Both the position numbers and the translations under genes were made by a program. A DNA stretch of 64,000 bases, from the NCBI GenBank assembly GCA_965198115.1, contig OZ240241.1, positions 4,192,001-4,256,000 of the forward strand. Reading direction: 5' to 3'. Source of the DNA: Candidatus Latescibacterota bacterium. GTDB lineage: Bacteria > Latescibacterota > UBA2968. Below the pieces are notes generated by a model. The model had not been told where the DNA came from. It saw only the letters and a list, made by a program, of their open reading frames with translations, and searched no databases. Positions 48,303 to 58,251 of this stretch are shown piece after piece. Position 1 is the stretch's first letter. Every line of letters begins with the position of its first letter.

Positions 48303-49426
48303 CCGGCCACCTCGACGGGACCAGTCACCAGGCTGGCGAAATCGGAAAGGGCGGGCATGCCTCGCGAAGTCACCATCCCCATCGACAGAAGGGTCGTCGG
48401 ATCGCCCTCCAGACGGCTGCCGTTGCCACCGCCGTGACTGATCACCCACGGCGGATCGAGCAGACGCTCTCCCTCCCAGACGCCACCGCTCGCCACGAAC
48501 AACCCGTAGCGCGCAAGATCGCTCGCCGACATAATTGCCCAGCCCCCTCCCCCTCTGACCTTGTGGCCGTCCATCTCGTAAGGTGGGTCGATGAAGTCGC
48601 CGTAGCCAGGCATACTGAGGTAGAAATCCTTGTTCTCAAAGACCTCTCTACCCGTCACCCAATCCCATCGGTCAGGGCGAATGCCGATCTTCCCGAACAA
48701 CCTGTCATCGAGCACGTCCTTCACGTCTCGACCCCAGAGCGCCGTCAGCGCCTGACTAAGACGCCAGATGCCACCACTCGCGTAGATCCCCTGCGTGCCC
48801 GGTTCGACGTGGGAATAGTTGTCGTAAAGCGGATCTCCCGTCCACTTCGCCCAGGACGGCACGGGGCGTCCCGGATCGTCTTCCGCATCCGGCCGAGGCG
48901 TAAACACGCCATCGATGAACCCGCCCGTGCTGTGCGCGTAGGCTTTCTTTTTCCAGAAGTAACCGTTGGTCACCGGAAATCCACCGAAGTGCGCAGAGGT
49001 CTTGTCGGGCGCACCGATCAAGTGTCGCCAAGTCAGCTTGGGATGATGGCCCTCGGTCAGAACCTTGTGTGGATGCGACAGCTGCCCCTCACCGGTCCAC
49101 GTCTCGCAGATGGGATCGTCCTCGTGAATCATCCCCTCTCCCACGGCCAGACCGATCAGCGCCCGCGTGAACGTCTTGGCCACCGAGGCCGTCTGGTAGG
49201 CATAGTCGGGATCCCCCCAGCCGTTGACGATATAGCCTCCTCGTGTCAGCACCACGCCCCACTCGTTTCCCTCGTGCGTTTCGCCCTCCCACTCTGCACC
49301 CTCGATCGTCGCATCGGAAATAAGACGGTCGAAGCGATCCGTGTCGAGTCCCGCTTCCGTCGGGGGAATCTGCTGCCATTCTTCTCTCGGGTAGGTCACC
49401 CAATCAGGGATGCCCGTGTCAGCCAT
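48299..49426 (-). CDS. Beta-lactamase-like serine hydrolase
   Basis: ASVAK (SxxK), PG....YAS, GGGW..MSA.DLAR.G, HGG. Confidence 0.82.
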   Translation of the reverse strand: MADTGIPDWVTYPREEWQQIPPTEAGLDTDRFDRLISDATIEGAEWEGETHEGNEWGVVLTRGGYIVNGWGDPDYAYQTASVAKTFTRALIGLAVGEGMIHEDDPICETWTGEGQLSHPHKVLTEGHHPKLTWRHLIGAPDKTSAHFGGFPVTNGYFWKKKAYAHSTGGFIDGVFTPRPDAEDDPGRPVPSWAKWTGDPLYDNYSHVEPGTQGIYASGGIWRLSQALTALWGRDVKDVLDDRLFGKIGIRPDRWDWVTGREVFENKDFYLSMPGYGDFIDPPYEMDGHKVRGGGGWAIMSASDLARYGLFVASGGVWEGERLLDPPWVISHGGGNGSRLEGDPTTLLSMGMVTSRGMPALSDFASLVTGPVEVAG

Positions 49427-49538
49427 GGTTTCCTCTCCAGTCACCATTTAAGGCCAGCGTAGCCTGGGCCATACTCTGAACAGAAGGATGCTCGACCGCT
49501 TTCTCTTGTTGTGGTTCCACACATCTCGGTCGTTTCCC

Positions 49539-51518
49539 TTACCAGTTGTGCACGGTGTGGGGCTCGCCTGGGAACCAGATGGCATCGACCGCGCCCGAGC
49601 AACCAATCCCGAACAGATACCCGAGAATGGCTCCATACCAGAATGGCAGCGTACGCCGATAAAGCAAGCCACCGCCATAGCTGATCACACCCCGTTTCAT
49701 CATCCACACCAGCATCAGGCTGAATCCATAGCGGCGTGTCGGAAACGCAATCGCAGCAGGATGGAACGGGAACCGGAGGTATTTGGCTCTTAGGTATGTC
49801 AAGAGACCGGCTTCAGCGAACCCTAAAAACCAGATCCCTGCCTTTGCAAAATCGAAATAAGTTTGCCGACTGCCCTCAATGAATGGCGTTCTTGCAATCA
49901 GCTGGCGCCAATCATAGGTGGGCGCCAGCCCGTTGAGGGCTCCTTCAGTATAACACCGGTAGAGCTCCAAGCCCGCCGAGAGGGCGAAGCCACTGAGGAA
50001 TGCGACGGGTACGCACCCCCACACCAGCGGATGTCTCTTGAGACGATCTCCCATCATCTGAAAGAAGTGGGATACCGAAGGGATCGATGCTGTTCGAATG
50101 GGCACGCCACCAATACAGTTGCTGTTGACCAACCAGAGCGCAGTTTGCGTACTCGGCTGCGTGTTGACGGTCCCGACCAGCGAGGTCATGATTGCCGCGC
50201 CCTTGCCACCGGCGGGAGACAGAAACGTAAATCCCGTCGTTGCCGCGTACTTGGCGATTCCAAAGTAGCACGTGAACATCAGGAGGAGTTGCGCGAGCGT
50301 GGAGAAGAAACCCATTCCAGCCGAGACGCACCAGCCACCCAAAATGACCGCCGAAAATGTCAGCCCGAGCCAGGCCGTTCGGTAGGAAACCGGAAGACCG
50401 TCGTCGTCCTCCCGTCGCCTAGAGCGAGCCTTATCGACCGTCTCCTTGAGATGTCGCCGCGACAGCCAAACCGACCAGCCCACGAGAAACACAAGAGCAC
50501 CGTGAGACTCCAGTGTGGTGAGCTGTCCACCTGAGGCAGCCTGACCATGGCGCCCTACGCTGAAACCCGTTCGATTCAGGACGCCAACCTTATAAATCTG
50601 CAGAAGGTTGTAGACCCAGAAGCTGAACAGGACGTCCAGCGGACACAGGTAGGCCAAACCCATAATCATCGGCTGTACCCGCGTGTAGTAGTCAGGATAG
50701 TACCGCCCGACGGTCACTGCTTTCAAGACAGTGGTATCGAAAAGCGAGATCCTCGGGATGCTCGGCCTGAAATAGCCGACGATGTTCCAGCCGATGATCC
50801 CCGCTGCGAGCCCGAAACCAATCCAGAACACGCGATCCTTGAACAGATCGGGCACCACCTGGTCCCGCGGCCCCTCCAACAGGGCCGTGGGAAACGCGGC
50901 CATCGGAAACACCAAACGTTCCTTGTCTCGCCACTGTCTGTAAAACAGGACACTCCCGAAGAATCCGGCCCCCACGAGCGCCAGACACGCCACCAGCCAC
51001 CAGAAAAGAGGCCTGATCCAGGCAAGCCACGGAACCCCGTCACCGGGTCTGAGCCCGGTGAAAAAGGAACTGATCACAATGGGAGATGGCTCAGGGAACA
51101 GCCAGTCGGGCAGAAGGGGTATCAGGAGGTCGCGCGCCCGGTTCTCCGGGGATGCGAAGTGCTCGGGGGCGGCGAGGTCGGTCACCATATAGCTGGCCCA
51201 TCCGATGCCCGGCAGGTTTCCCACCACCCACAACATCGACAGGATGGTCAGCATTTCGGTGCGCGTCAGAGCCACGCGAGGAAACAGGATCTTGAGAAGG
51301 ATGTTGGCCCCGACCCAAGCTGCAAAGGGCAACATAGCTGCAACGGGCAGGTATGTCTTGCTCAGGCTCCGACCGAAGTACGTGACATAAAGAACCATGC
51401 CCGCAATGGTGAGAACGCCAAGGACCAGGGATCTGCCCGTTACCTGTTCGCTCGCTTGCGCTCCTGGCGCAGCTGCGAATTCAGCCGATCGGTCGACTTT
51501 TTCGGCGTCAACGGTCAT
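49539..51518 (-). CDS. Large multi-TM putative peptide transporter (DUF6785/DUF6784-like)
   Basis: More than 12 TM segments; PW.AWI.PL..W, RQW...ERLVFP, FPFHP, RRTLPFWYG.ILG. Confidence 0.7.
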   Translation of the reverse strand: MTVDAEKVDRSAEFAAAPGAQASEQVTGRSLVLGVLTIAGMVLYVTYFGRSLSKTYLPVAAMLPFAAWVGANILLKILFPRVALTRTEMLTILSMLWVVGNLPGIGWASYMVTDLAAPEHFASPENRARDLLIPLLPDWLFPEPSPIVISSFFTGLRPGDGVPWLAWIRPLFWWLVACLALVGAGFFGSVLFYRQWRDKERLVFPMAAFPTALLEGPRDQVVPDLFKDRVFWIGFGLAAGIIGWNIVGYFRPSIPRISLFDTTVLKAVTVGRYYPDYYTRVQPMIMGLAYLCPLDVLFSFWVYNLLQIYKVGVLNRTGFSVGRHGQAASGGQLTTLESHGALVFLVGWSVWLSRRHLKETVDKARSRRREDDDGLPVSYRTAWLGLTFSAVILGGWCVSAGMGFFSTLAQLLLMFTCYFGIAKYAATTGFTFLSPAGGKGAAIMTSLVGTVNTQPSTQTALWLVNSNCIGGVPIRTASIPSVSHFFQMMGDRLKRHPLVWGCVPVAFLSGFALSAGLELYRCYTEGALNGLAPTYDWRQLIARTPFIEGSRQTYFDFAKAGIWFLGFAEAGLLTYLRAKYLRFPFHPAAIAFPTRRYGFSLMLVWMMKRGVISYGGGLLYRRTLPFWYGAILGYLFGIGCSGAVDAIWFPGEPHTVHNW

Positions 51519-51665
51519 CGAACGCTCATAACCACCGAAGACTTCAGCCTTTTAGAGCAGACCGGGGGGAATCGTCCAGCAAGCGCGCACACAACGCCCT
51601 CGTTCGCCGAGACTCCCCGATGGCCAACGCTATGTCATAGCTCTGTGGCGGATGAGGTCCTCTGT

Positions 51666-53105
51666 TCACACGTTGTCCAACAAATGCAGGAACCTATCGA
51701 CGCACTCTCTCAACCCACCAGCCAGCCGGTTTTCCGCTCCCAAAACCATGAATCCGTCGAATCCGGAACAGCGTAAAATCGAAATCAACTCCTTGATCTC
51801 GGCATTGCCACGCCCAAGTTCGGTCGGTCGACCGTCGTACGTCACGTCCGACACGTCGAGCTGGTCCGTCAGCGCCTTCAATCTCGCCCGATGCATCTGG
51901 TGAAAGGGCTTTTCTCCCAGACGAGCGAAATTGCCCCCGCAGTAAGTGAGGTTCGCGAGAACGCCGGCTGCCCGCAGATGCTGGATCGCGTCGTGCGCGT
52001 CCGTCGTGCTCAGGTGAACATGGTAAAAGGAAAGTTGGATCTCACTCTCAGATGCCACCTCTATGAGACACTCGTTTGGCCCTGCCAGGGGAAGGACGAC
52101 GCGTCCAACGCCGCTGTTTAGGGCCGCGGCCAGAATGTCCTCTACGTTACAACACGTGTAACCACGCAGAGCCGTCACGACGCATCCGCCGTCCGTAAGT
52201 TCCTGAACGGCCGACACGATACGCGCCGCCCCGAGCGACTGTAGGGGCCGCCCTTGCAAAGCATCTATCTCGACGTGGCCGATGCCGACAGCCCGACAGT
52301 TTTCGATCATCTCTGGCACGTACCGGCCGGCCAAGCTCGCAGATGTCACGAGCGTGAAGTCCTCGGCTTCCCATCTCGTTCGGAAGAGATCGGCGCGCTG
52401 ATCGATGCACGCTTCGCAGTTCGGGTTGTCGCATAGCGCAAAATCTGGATGTGTCTTTCCGAATTCGAACAGGTAGTCGACCAACTCCTTGCTCTTCATC
52501 AGCCTTACGGCCGATCGCCCGATCCGCCCAAGCTTCACGATGCCCTGACGGCGCAGCATTGCATCGAGACCGATGAAGTCCCGATGCGGCCCCGGAAAGT
52601 AATCCCACGATCGCGTCACTTCGCCTTCCGGCGTGTCGAAGGTGTGCTCTTGCGTTCGGTTCAGATACGAGAGTCGAAGCATCGACTCCACGGCGTGTAG
52701 CGTTGTGTTGCGGTCCTGATCCACGCCTAGCAGGCAGACGTACCCGCCGAGGTCTCCGATCCGGGCATAGGGTGTGCCCTCCGTGTGGGCCATCTCAGCC
52801 TTCCAGTGGTCCTGGCAGACCTCTGTCGCCTTTCCACCGACGGCTGCAACACTCGCGCGGGGATGAATGCTCTCCACGACACCGGGTCGCCGTTTAACCT
52901 CTTCCATAATCGCACCGAAATCACCGAATGTCGGAACGACGAGCGTCCCATCAGGCCCCAGCACCTCGAGAAAAGCATCGACAACGGTCGCGGCGCCTCC
53001 TTCCACCGGTCCGAGACTGGACAGAGAGCTATGAACGAGCACGTGATCCCCCGTCATCAACCCGAGGTCTCTCAACCCGCTCTCGATGTCGCCTTTGGTC
53101 AACAC
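51666..53105 (-). CDS. AAC(3)/YokD-family acetyltransferase fused to an AP-endonuclease/xylose-isomerase-like TIM barrel
   Basis: N-terminal LVHSSLSSLG.V.GGA, GTLVVPTF, SIHP, LLGV....NTTLH; linker CDNPNCEAC; C-terminal D......LGRGNAEIKELISIL...GFDG...L. Confidence 0.75.
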   Translation of the reverse strand: MLTKGDIESGLRDLGLMTGDHVLVHSSLSSLGPVEGGAATVVDAFLEVLGPDGTLVVPTFGDFGAIMEEVKRRPGVVESIHPRASVAAVGGKATEVCQDHWKAEMAHTEGTPYARIGDLGGYVCLLGVDQDRNTTLHAVESMLRLSYLNRTQEHTFDTPEGEVTRSWDYFPGPHRDFIGLDAMLRRQGIVKLGRIGRSAVRLMKSKELVDYLFEFGKTHPDFALCDNPNCEACIDQRADLFRTRWEAEDFTLVTSASLAGRYVPEMIENCRAVGIGHVEIDALQGRPLQSLGAARIVSAVQELTDGGCVVTALRGYTCCNVEDILAAALNSGVGRVVLPLAGPNECLIEVASESEIQLSFYHVHLSTTDAHDAIQHLRAAGVLANLTYCGGNFARLGEKPFHQMHRARLKALTDQLDVSDVTYDGRPTELGRGNAEIKELISILRCSGFDGFMVLGAENRLAGGLRECVDRFLHLLDNV

Positions 53106-53132
53106 GCGAAGCGTCTCCCGGTGTTCAACGTT

Positions 53133-54018
53133 CTATCTTCGATTTTCGATGTTCAATGCCCCTGCCATCGCCCGTACCTGTTCCGGTCCCGACCCGCAGC
53201 AGGAACCGATGTAGTCGATCCCGATGTCACGCGCGCGTCGTGCGTAGTCCGCCATCCCCTCCGGAGACACCACCCGCCCGGTCCAATGCCCTTCTCCTGC
53301 GCCCATATACAGATGAGGAGTACACATCACGGCGACGGGTTGCGCGGCGATAGGACCGTCCACGGCGTCCCGAATCCGCTCCATCATCGGTAACATCAAC
53401 TCGGGATCCTGCATACAGTTCAGCCCCACGATATCGGCGCCCGCGGCCTTCAACCGTTTCGCGCACTCGTCCATATCCAATCCGTCTCTCGATCTCAGTT
53501 CCGGCTTGCAGGACATCGTCACCATCACCGGAAGGCCCGTTGGGCGAGCAGGCATCTTCGATGTAGTAGAGCGTCTCGAGGATCAAAAAGTCGACACCTA
53601 ATTCTGCGACGAGCTCGCATTCTTCCTGGTAGAGTCCCCTCGCGTCGTCGGTCGAAAGACCCTCCGCCGCAAGGCCCTTCGACCCGACAGCCGATCCGAT
53701 CGAGCTGGCCAATAGCCCATCCTCACCAATCACGCTCCGGGCTACTTCGACGGCTTTCCGATGGATCTCCTCGTAATGATCGGCCGCACCAACACCCTCG
53801 AGACGGTTTCGAGTGCCCTGAAATGTCTGCGCCTGGATGACCTCCGCCCCCGCATCGAAGAATTCCTGATAGAGGCCGCGAACTGTTTCCTCGTTCGACA
53901 GAATCCCGTACGGGGAGTAGTCCTCCATCGGAACACCGCGTTCCTTCAAGATGAACACGTATCCGCCGTCGCCCAGCACGGGACCGTCAGCCAATCGATC
54001 AAGAATGGATGCGGACAC
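53133..54018 (-). CDS. Homocysteine S-methyltransferase family protein, frameshifted near 53550
   Basis: LGDGG, F.DAGA.VIQ..TF, DFLILET, GLNC, IGSCCGSGP (Zn-binding cysteines). Confidence 0.88.
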
Positions 54019-54067
54019 GATCGTCTCCTGTGGTTTCCGTGACCGTAGAGCGTATTGCAATACGCCC

Positions 54068-54805
54068 CTACGGCGCGCGCTCCTTGGAAAAAACGTGCCG
54101 CGCAACTTCGTGATGTTCGCCGGCCATCATTTCCTCGAGGTACGTCACGGTCCGTGAGACCGCCGCCTCGACAAGTTTTTCGCCTTTCTCCAGGGACGCA
54201 GCGAGCGGCTGCTTCTCCTCCTGATCGTTCATCGCATCCTGCCTAATGCCACCCGGAAACAACGCATAGGCAGTCGACGTCTCGTATTCCCCGGCGTGGC
54301 CCGGAACGCGAGCCTCGCACACCTTTTCAGCGTCATCCCGGCTGAGATTCCAATAGGATTGGAACTGCACGTTTGCGTCAGGATTAGTGGACTGGAAGTA
54401 GAGTTGCCACTGTCTGATCATCCCGTAGATCGGCATCTCGTTTCCACCGTGGCCATTCAGAATCAGGACATTCTTGACCCCGTGGCGTATCAGGCTCTCG
54501 ACCGAATCGAACAGGACAGCCAGCCACGATCCGGGCTTTGCCGTAACAGTGCCCTTGTGAATCATATGGTGCTCGGAAATGCCGACGGCCATCGGCACAG
54601 CCACAATCACCTTGGGGTGAAGTCTGCGAGCGGCTTCCTCCGCAATCGCCGTCGAATGGGCGATGTCGTGCCCCATCGGCAGATGTTCCAGGTGTTGCTC
54701 GATGCTCCCCGTGGGGATGATCCCTGCTTCGAATTCGCCACGTTCGAGTGCCTCGCGAAACTCACGTCGTGTCAGACTCTCGATTCTCACTACCTTGTCG
54801 GCCAT
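54068..54805 (-). CDS. Creatininase family amidohydrolase
   Basis: P.GSIEQH..HLP...D, G.SEHH, NGHGGN, HAGEYETS. Confidence 0.92.
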   Translation of the reverse strand: MADKVVRIESLTRREFREALERGEFEAGIIPTGSIEQHLEHLPMGHDIAHSTAIAEEAARRLHPKVIVAVPMAVGISEHHMIHKGTVTAKPGSWLAVLFDSVESLIRHGVKNVLILNGHGGNEMPIYGMIRQWQLYFQSTNPDANVQFQSYWNLSRDDAEKVCEARVPGHAGEYETSTAYALFPGGIRQDAMNDQEEKQPLAASLEKGEKLVEAAVSRTVTYLEEMMAGEHHEVARHVFSKERAP

Positions 54806-54836
54806 ATCGTTATCCTCGCTTAGTCACACACGGAAA

Positions 54837-56225
54837 TCAGAGCGGCGGAATGGGGTACCGATCCGTCCAGGCTTTCAGTTTTTCTTCCAGGGACGTCTGT
54901 ATCTGGGCAACATCCGGTTCTCCGTAACGGTTGTTCAGCTCATCCGGATCATCATCCAGCAGATACAGCTCGAATTCGTCATTCGGGTTGTGGATCAGCT
55001 TGGCGGACTCCGTCCGGACCATCGTCGCTGCATCCTCCAAACGGGATGAGACCGCGATACCCTGCGGCAGGTTGTGCACGTTAACGACGGTGTTCCGCCC
55101 CACCGAGGCGTAGACCGCGTCGCGATGGACGTCGCCTGTTTCCCCTCGAGCCAGGGGAAGGATGGATCGACCCCGGTTGGAGGGCGGAGAAATGCCAGCC
55201 GCCTCGCAGATCGTAGGCCCCAGGTCGAGCGCCTCGACCAGCTGATCGCACACCGTACCTCTGGGCAACTGCCCTTCTGGTGCGCGGACAACCAGGGGCA
55301 CGTGCAGCAGGCAGTCGTAGAGCATCTCCGCCTTCGTCATCATCCGGTGCTCACCCGTAAAGTCACCGTGGTCCGACGTGTAGACAATCCACGTGTTGTC
55401 CAGCAGCTCCCTTTCCTCCAGGCAATCGATGACGCGCTGGAATTGCCGATCGACGTGACTGATCATCCCGTAATACATCGCGATCACTTTGCGCACCTGG
55501 TCATCGCCGCACAGATCCATTCCCTCTTCTTTGGACAACCGCTTCAACCGTCCGATTGCCTTATCCCACACAGGGTCGGGCGGCAGCTCGATCGTATCGG
55601 GATCGTACATCGTGTCGTACGGCGGCGCGACCATATAGGGCGGATGTGGGTCCTCGTGAGAGACGTGGAGGTAGAAGGGTCCCTCCGTGCGATCCAGGAA
55701 ATCGATGGCCAGGTCCGTGATCACCGCTCCCGTCGACGAACTTTCCGGCACGGGGCTCGTATCGCACCACCAACCGACCCATCCGAATTCGGTCTGCGGC
55801 GCGTGTTCTTCGGAGTACTCCCGCACGGGTCTCACAGACTCGATGATGGGTGACTCGTGCATATCGTGGATCCAGTCGAATCCCCTGCTGAACCCTTTAT
55901 TCGCGTGGAGATGTCCGACAGCACCGCACGTGTAGCCGTGGGCCCCAAGGACTTCCTGAAACATCTCCCGATCGGGGGGAACGCCATCCGTTCGCGAAGA
56001 GTTCCCCATCACGCCGTGTTCTTGAGGGTAGGTACCCGTCAGAATCGAGGTGCGCGACGGCTGACACAGCGGACTCTGGACGAAGCAGCGCGTGAAGTTC
56101 ACCCCTTCGGCCGCCAATCGATCCGCTGCAGGCGTGACGAGCTGCGTGTTGCCGCCCACCCGGCTTGCCGAGAACTTCTGCTGGTCCGATGTCAGCAGGA
56201 TGATGTTGGGTCGATCATTCGCCAC
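54837..56225 (-). CDS. Cys-type sulfatase (formylglycine-dependent)
   Basis: PNIIL..SDQ, SPLCQPSRTSILTG (CxPxR), GHLH, DPHPPY, TSDHGD, C-terminal DPDE..N. Confidence 0.9.
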   Translation of the reverse strand: MANDRPNIILLTSDQQKFSASRVGGNTQLVTPAADRLAAEGVNFTRCFVQSPLCQPSRTSILTGTYPQEHGVMGNSSRTDGVPPDREMFQEVLGAHGYTCGAVGHLHANKGFSRGFDWIHDMHESPIIESVRPVREYSEEHAPQTEFGWVGWWCDTSPVPESSSTGAVITDLAIDFLDRTEGPFYLHVSHEDPHPPYMVAPPYDTMYDPDTIELPPDPVWDKAIGRLKRLSKEEGMDLCGDDQVRKVIAMYYGMISHVDRQFQRVIDCLEERELLDNTWIVYTSDHGDFTGEHRMMTKAEMLYDCLLHVPLVVRAPEGQLPRGTVCDQLVEALDLGPTICEAAGISPPSNRGRSILPLARGETGDVHRDAVYASVGRNTVVNVHNLPQGIAVSSRLEDAATMVRTESAKLIHNPNDEFELYLLDDDPDELNNRYGEPDVAQIQTSLEEKLKAWTDRYPIPPL

Positions 56226-56334
56226 GTTCCTCTCCTCAGATCCTCTTCGTCGATCTCTCCCCGGAAACAAGGAAAGGCCCGACTGCGTGTTCCGCAACCG
56301 GGCCTCGTGGGCGTCTTCTCCCATTGAGAGACGA

Positions 56335-57420
56335 TCAGCCGTCCTCCAACGCGTCGAGAATCCGGACCACGATCTCGTTCTGAATGTTCACCCTTTCAAC
56401 CTCATCTTTGACCTGGTTCCACGTGCCTGGATTCTGAGAAACCACGAGCCCCAGCCGGGGGCAGACCCAGATGTGCTTGGCGCCCGCACCCGAAGCGGCA
56501 AAGGAATCGCGTGGAAGGTCGGGCCACTGCTTGCCGTGATCGTTCACCCAGAACCCGTGACCATATTTCCAGTTCTTTTCGGGCTCGTTTTCCAGAATGA
56601 ACCGGTTCGTGACGGTAGCTTCTTTCAGATAGGCTTCCGGGATGACCTGCAATCCGTTCCAGTTCCCCCAGTTGAGCCAAAGATGTCCCGCGCGTGCTGT
56701 ATCCCTCGCCGTCGCGACCACCCTGAGGGAGTGTCCGAAGATGTTCTTCTTGGCTTGAGGAGGATGGTCGAAGTCGTTGTATCCGTGTGACCACGTTCCT
56801 CGAATCGGATCGCGTATCCACTCTTCGACCAGTCTGGCGCAACCCAACAGCCGATCCGGATCTCCACTATCGTAGAGGCCGCAGATCGTGGCGATCGAGT
56901 TCGCGAGAAGGTTCATCCCGAAAGTCTGATAATGGAACACCTTTCCTGGCTCCTCACCCGGCTTCATATACCCAGAGGTGTTGCAGATGAGCTGGCGGAA
57001 CGTGATGTCCCGGTCCTTTTCAAATGGATATCGGCCGGGTTTCGGCCCCTCGTCCTCTGCGATAGCCATCATCTCAGGATAGTATTCGACGACCTTGGCG
57101 TCCGGACTCGGAACCTTCCCTCGCTCGACTGCAACACCAAGCACGCAAGAGAAATAGGACTTCGACGCGGACGCTTGCCCCAGCTCTTCATCCCCTTCGA
57201 TGCCTTGGTTCCATTCGGCCACAAGGTATCCGTGACGCGCGATGACCACTCTGAACTTCGCGTCAGGATTCGTATCCCTCAGCCACCTTTCGACGCCATT
57301 CAGCCTTTCCAAGGATAGACCGAGGTCTTCGGGCGACCGTGTTTCCCATTCCTCACCAGGAAAGGTCGATTCCGGCCTCGCGATCTTCGACGTCACATCC
57401 GTCACGGTCATTCTACGCAT
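56335..57420 (-). CDS. Beta-lactamase-like serine hydrolase (paralog of 48299-49426)
   Basis: ASASKS, IT.RQL...TSG, PG..FHY, ARD.ARAG.L.L..G.W.G, YGHGFW, AASGAG. Confidence 0.85.
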   Translation of the reverse strand: MRRMTVTDVTSKIARPESTFPGEEWETRSPEDLGLSLERLNGVERWLRDTNPDAKFRVVIARHGYLVAEWNQGIEGDEELGQASASKSYFSCVLGVAVERGKVPSPDAKVVEYYPEMMAIAEDEGPKPGRYPFEKDRDITFRQLICNTSGYMKPGEEPGKVFHYQTFGMNLLANSIATICGLYDSGDPDRLLGCARLVEEWIRDPIRGTWSHGYNDFDHPPQAKKNIFGHSLRVVATARDTARAGHLWLNWGNWNGLQVIPEAYLKEATVTNRFILENEPEKNWKYGHGFWVNDHGKQWPDLPRDSFAASGAGAKHIWVCPRLGLVVSQNPGTWNQVKDEVERVNIQNEIVVRILDALEDG

Positions 57421-57441
57421 CCTTTCTAAATAGAGCCGTTC

Positions 57442-58185
57442 TCATTCCAGCTTCAACAGACGCGCGATGGTACCCCAAAAGAGATTGTCACGATCGTCAT
57501 CGCTGATCTCGAGGCCCCGAATCCGGTCGATTTCAGATCTCGCATACTCTGCCAACGTGGGATAGGGATGGGGCCCGTCGATGCCGAAAGCCATCCTGTC
57601 GGATCCGACTCTCGTCACGGCATCCTGAATCTTCCAGGACAGCGTCACCCCGCTCGTGTCCAGAATCGCATTCTCGCATTCTTCGGCCAGCTCGATGAAC
57701 TGATCGAGCAATCCTGCGGCCGTACACAGATACTTTCCCATATGGGCGACAATGATGGTCGTCGCTGGAAAAGCACGGAGGATGCGTCGCGTGTGTTCCA
57801 CGTTGCCCACGAAGTCGACCAGACACGGCACATCCAACCGGCCAGCCAGCTCGAACACGGGATCGATGATGTGCTCGGCCAGCCTGGTTTCCCCACCGTG
57901 GATCTTGATGCCCCGGAACCCCCAGTCGCTGACCGCCTCCTCGACGAGGCGGAGGGCGGGCACTTCGATGTGGGGAATGGCATAGGCGTAGGGAATCAGC
58001 CGATCCGGGAACGACTTCGCGGCTTCCCGCGCCATCTGGTTGGCTCGGCAAGAAGTGGTCGACATCGCGAAAACGACGGTTCTGTCGATACCCGCCTCAT
58101 CCATCACCTCGACGATCGTCTCAGGTGAATACTCGGTCTTGTCCCTGTTGCCGTGCTTCAGATGACAATGCGAATCACAAATCAT
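57442..58185 (-). CDS. Amidohydrolase_2 family metallohydrolase
   Basis: DSHCH, GIKIH, IVAHMG, LDTS, FGIDGP. Confidence 0.85.
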   Translation of the reverse strand: MICDSHCHLKHGNRDKTEYSPETIVEVMDEAGIDRTVVFAMSTTSCRANQMAREAAKSFPDRLIPYAYAIPHIEVPALRLVEEAVSDWGFRGIKIHGGETRLAEHIIDPVFELAGRLDVPCLVDFVGNVEHTRRILRAFPATTIIVAHMGKYLCTAAGLLDQFIELAEECENAILDTSGVTLSWKIQDAVTRVGSDRMAFGIDGPHPYPTLAEYARSEIDRIRGLEISDDDRDNLFWGTIARLLKLE

Positions 58186-58251
58186 CGCCCGTCTTTTTCC
58201 TGACGACTGAACCCTGAACCCTGACAACTGCCGTGGGGCACTGCCGCACGG

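Noticed and set aside
46314-48437. Long plus-strand ORFs (707 aa here; also 39111-40559, 22020-23252, 48218-49462, 50547-51776)
   Set aside because: They are antisense shadows of well-supported minus-strand genes in GC-rich DNA and have no recognisable motifs.
48299-57420. Antibiotic resistance genes (beta-lactamase-like x2, AAC(3)-like)
   Set aside because: Only distant superfamily motifs, no signal peptides on the hydrolases, and a catabolic gene context.
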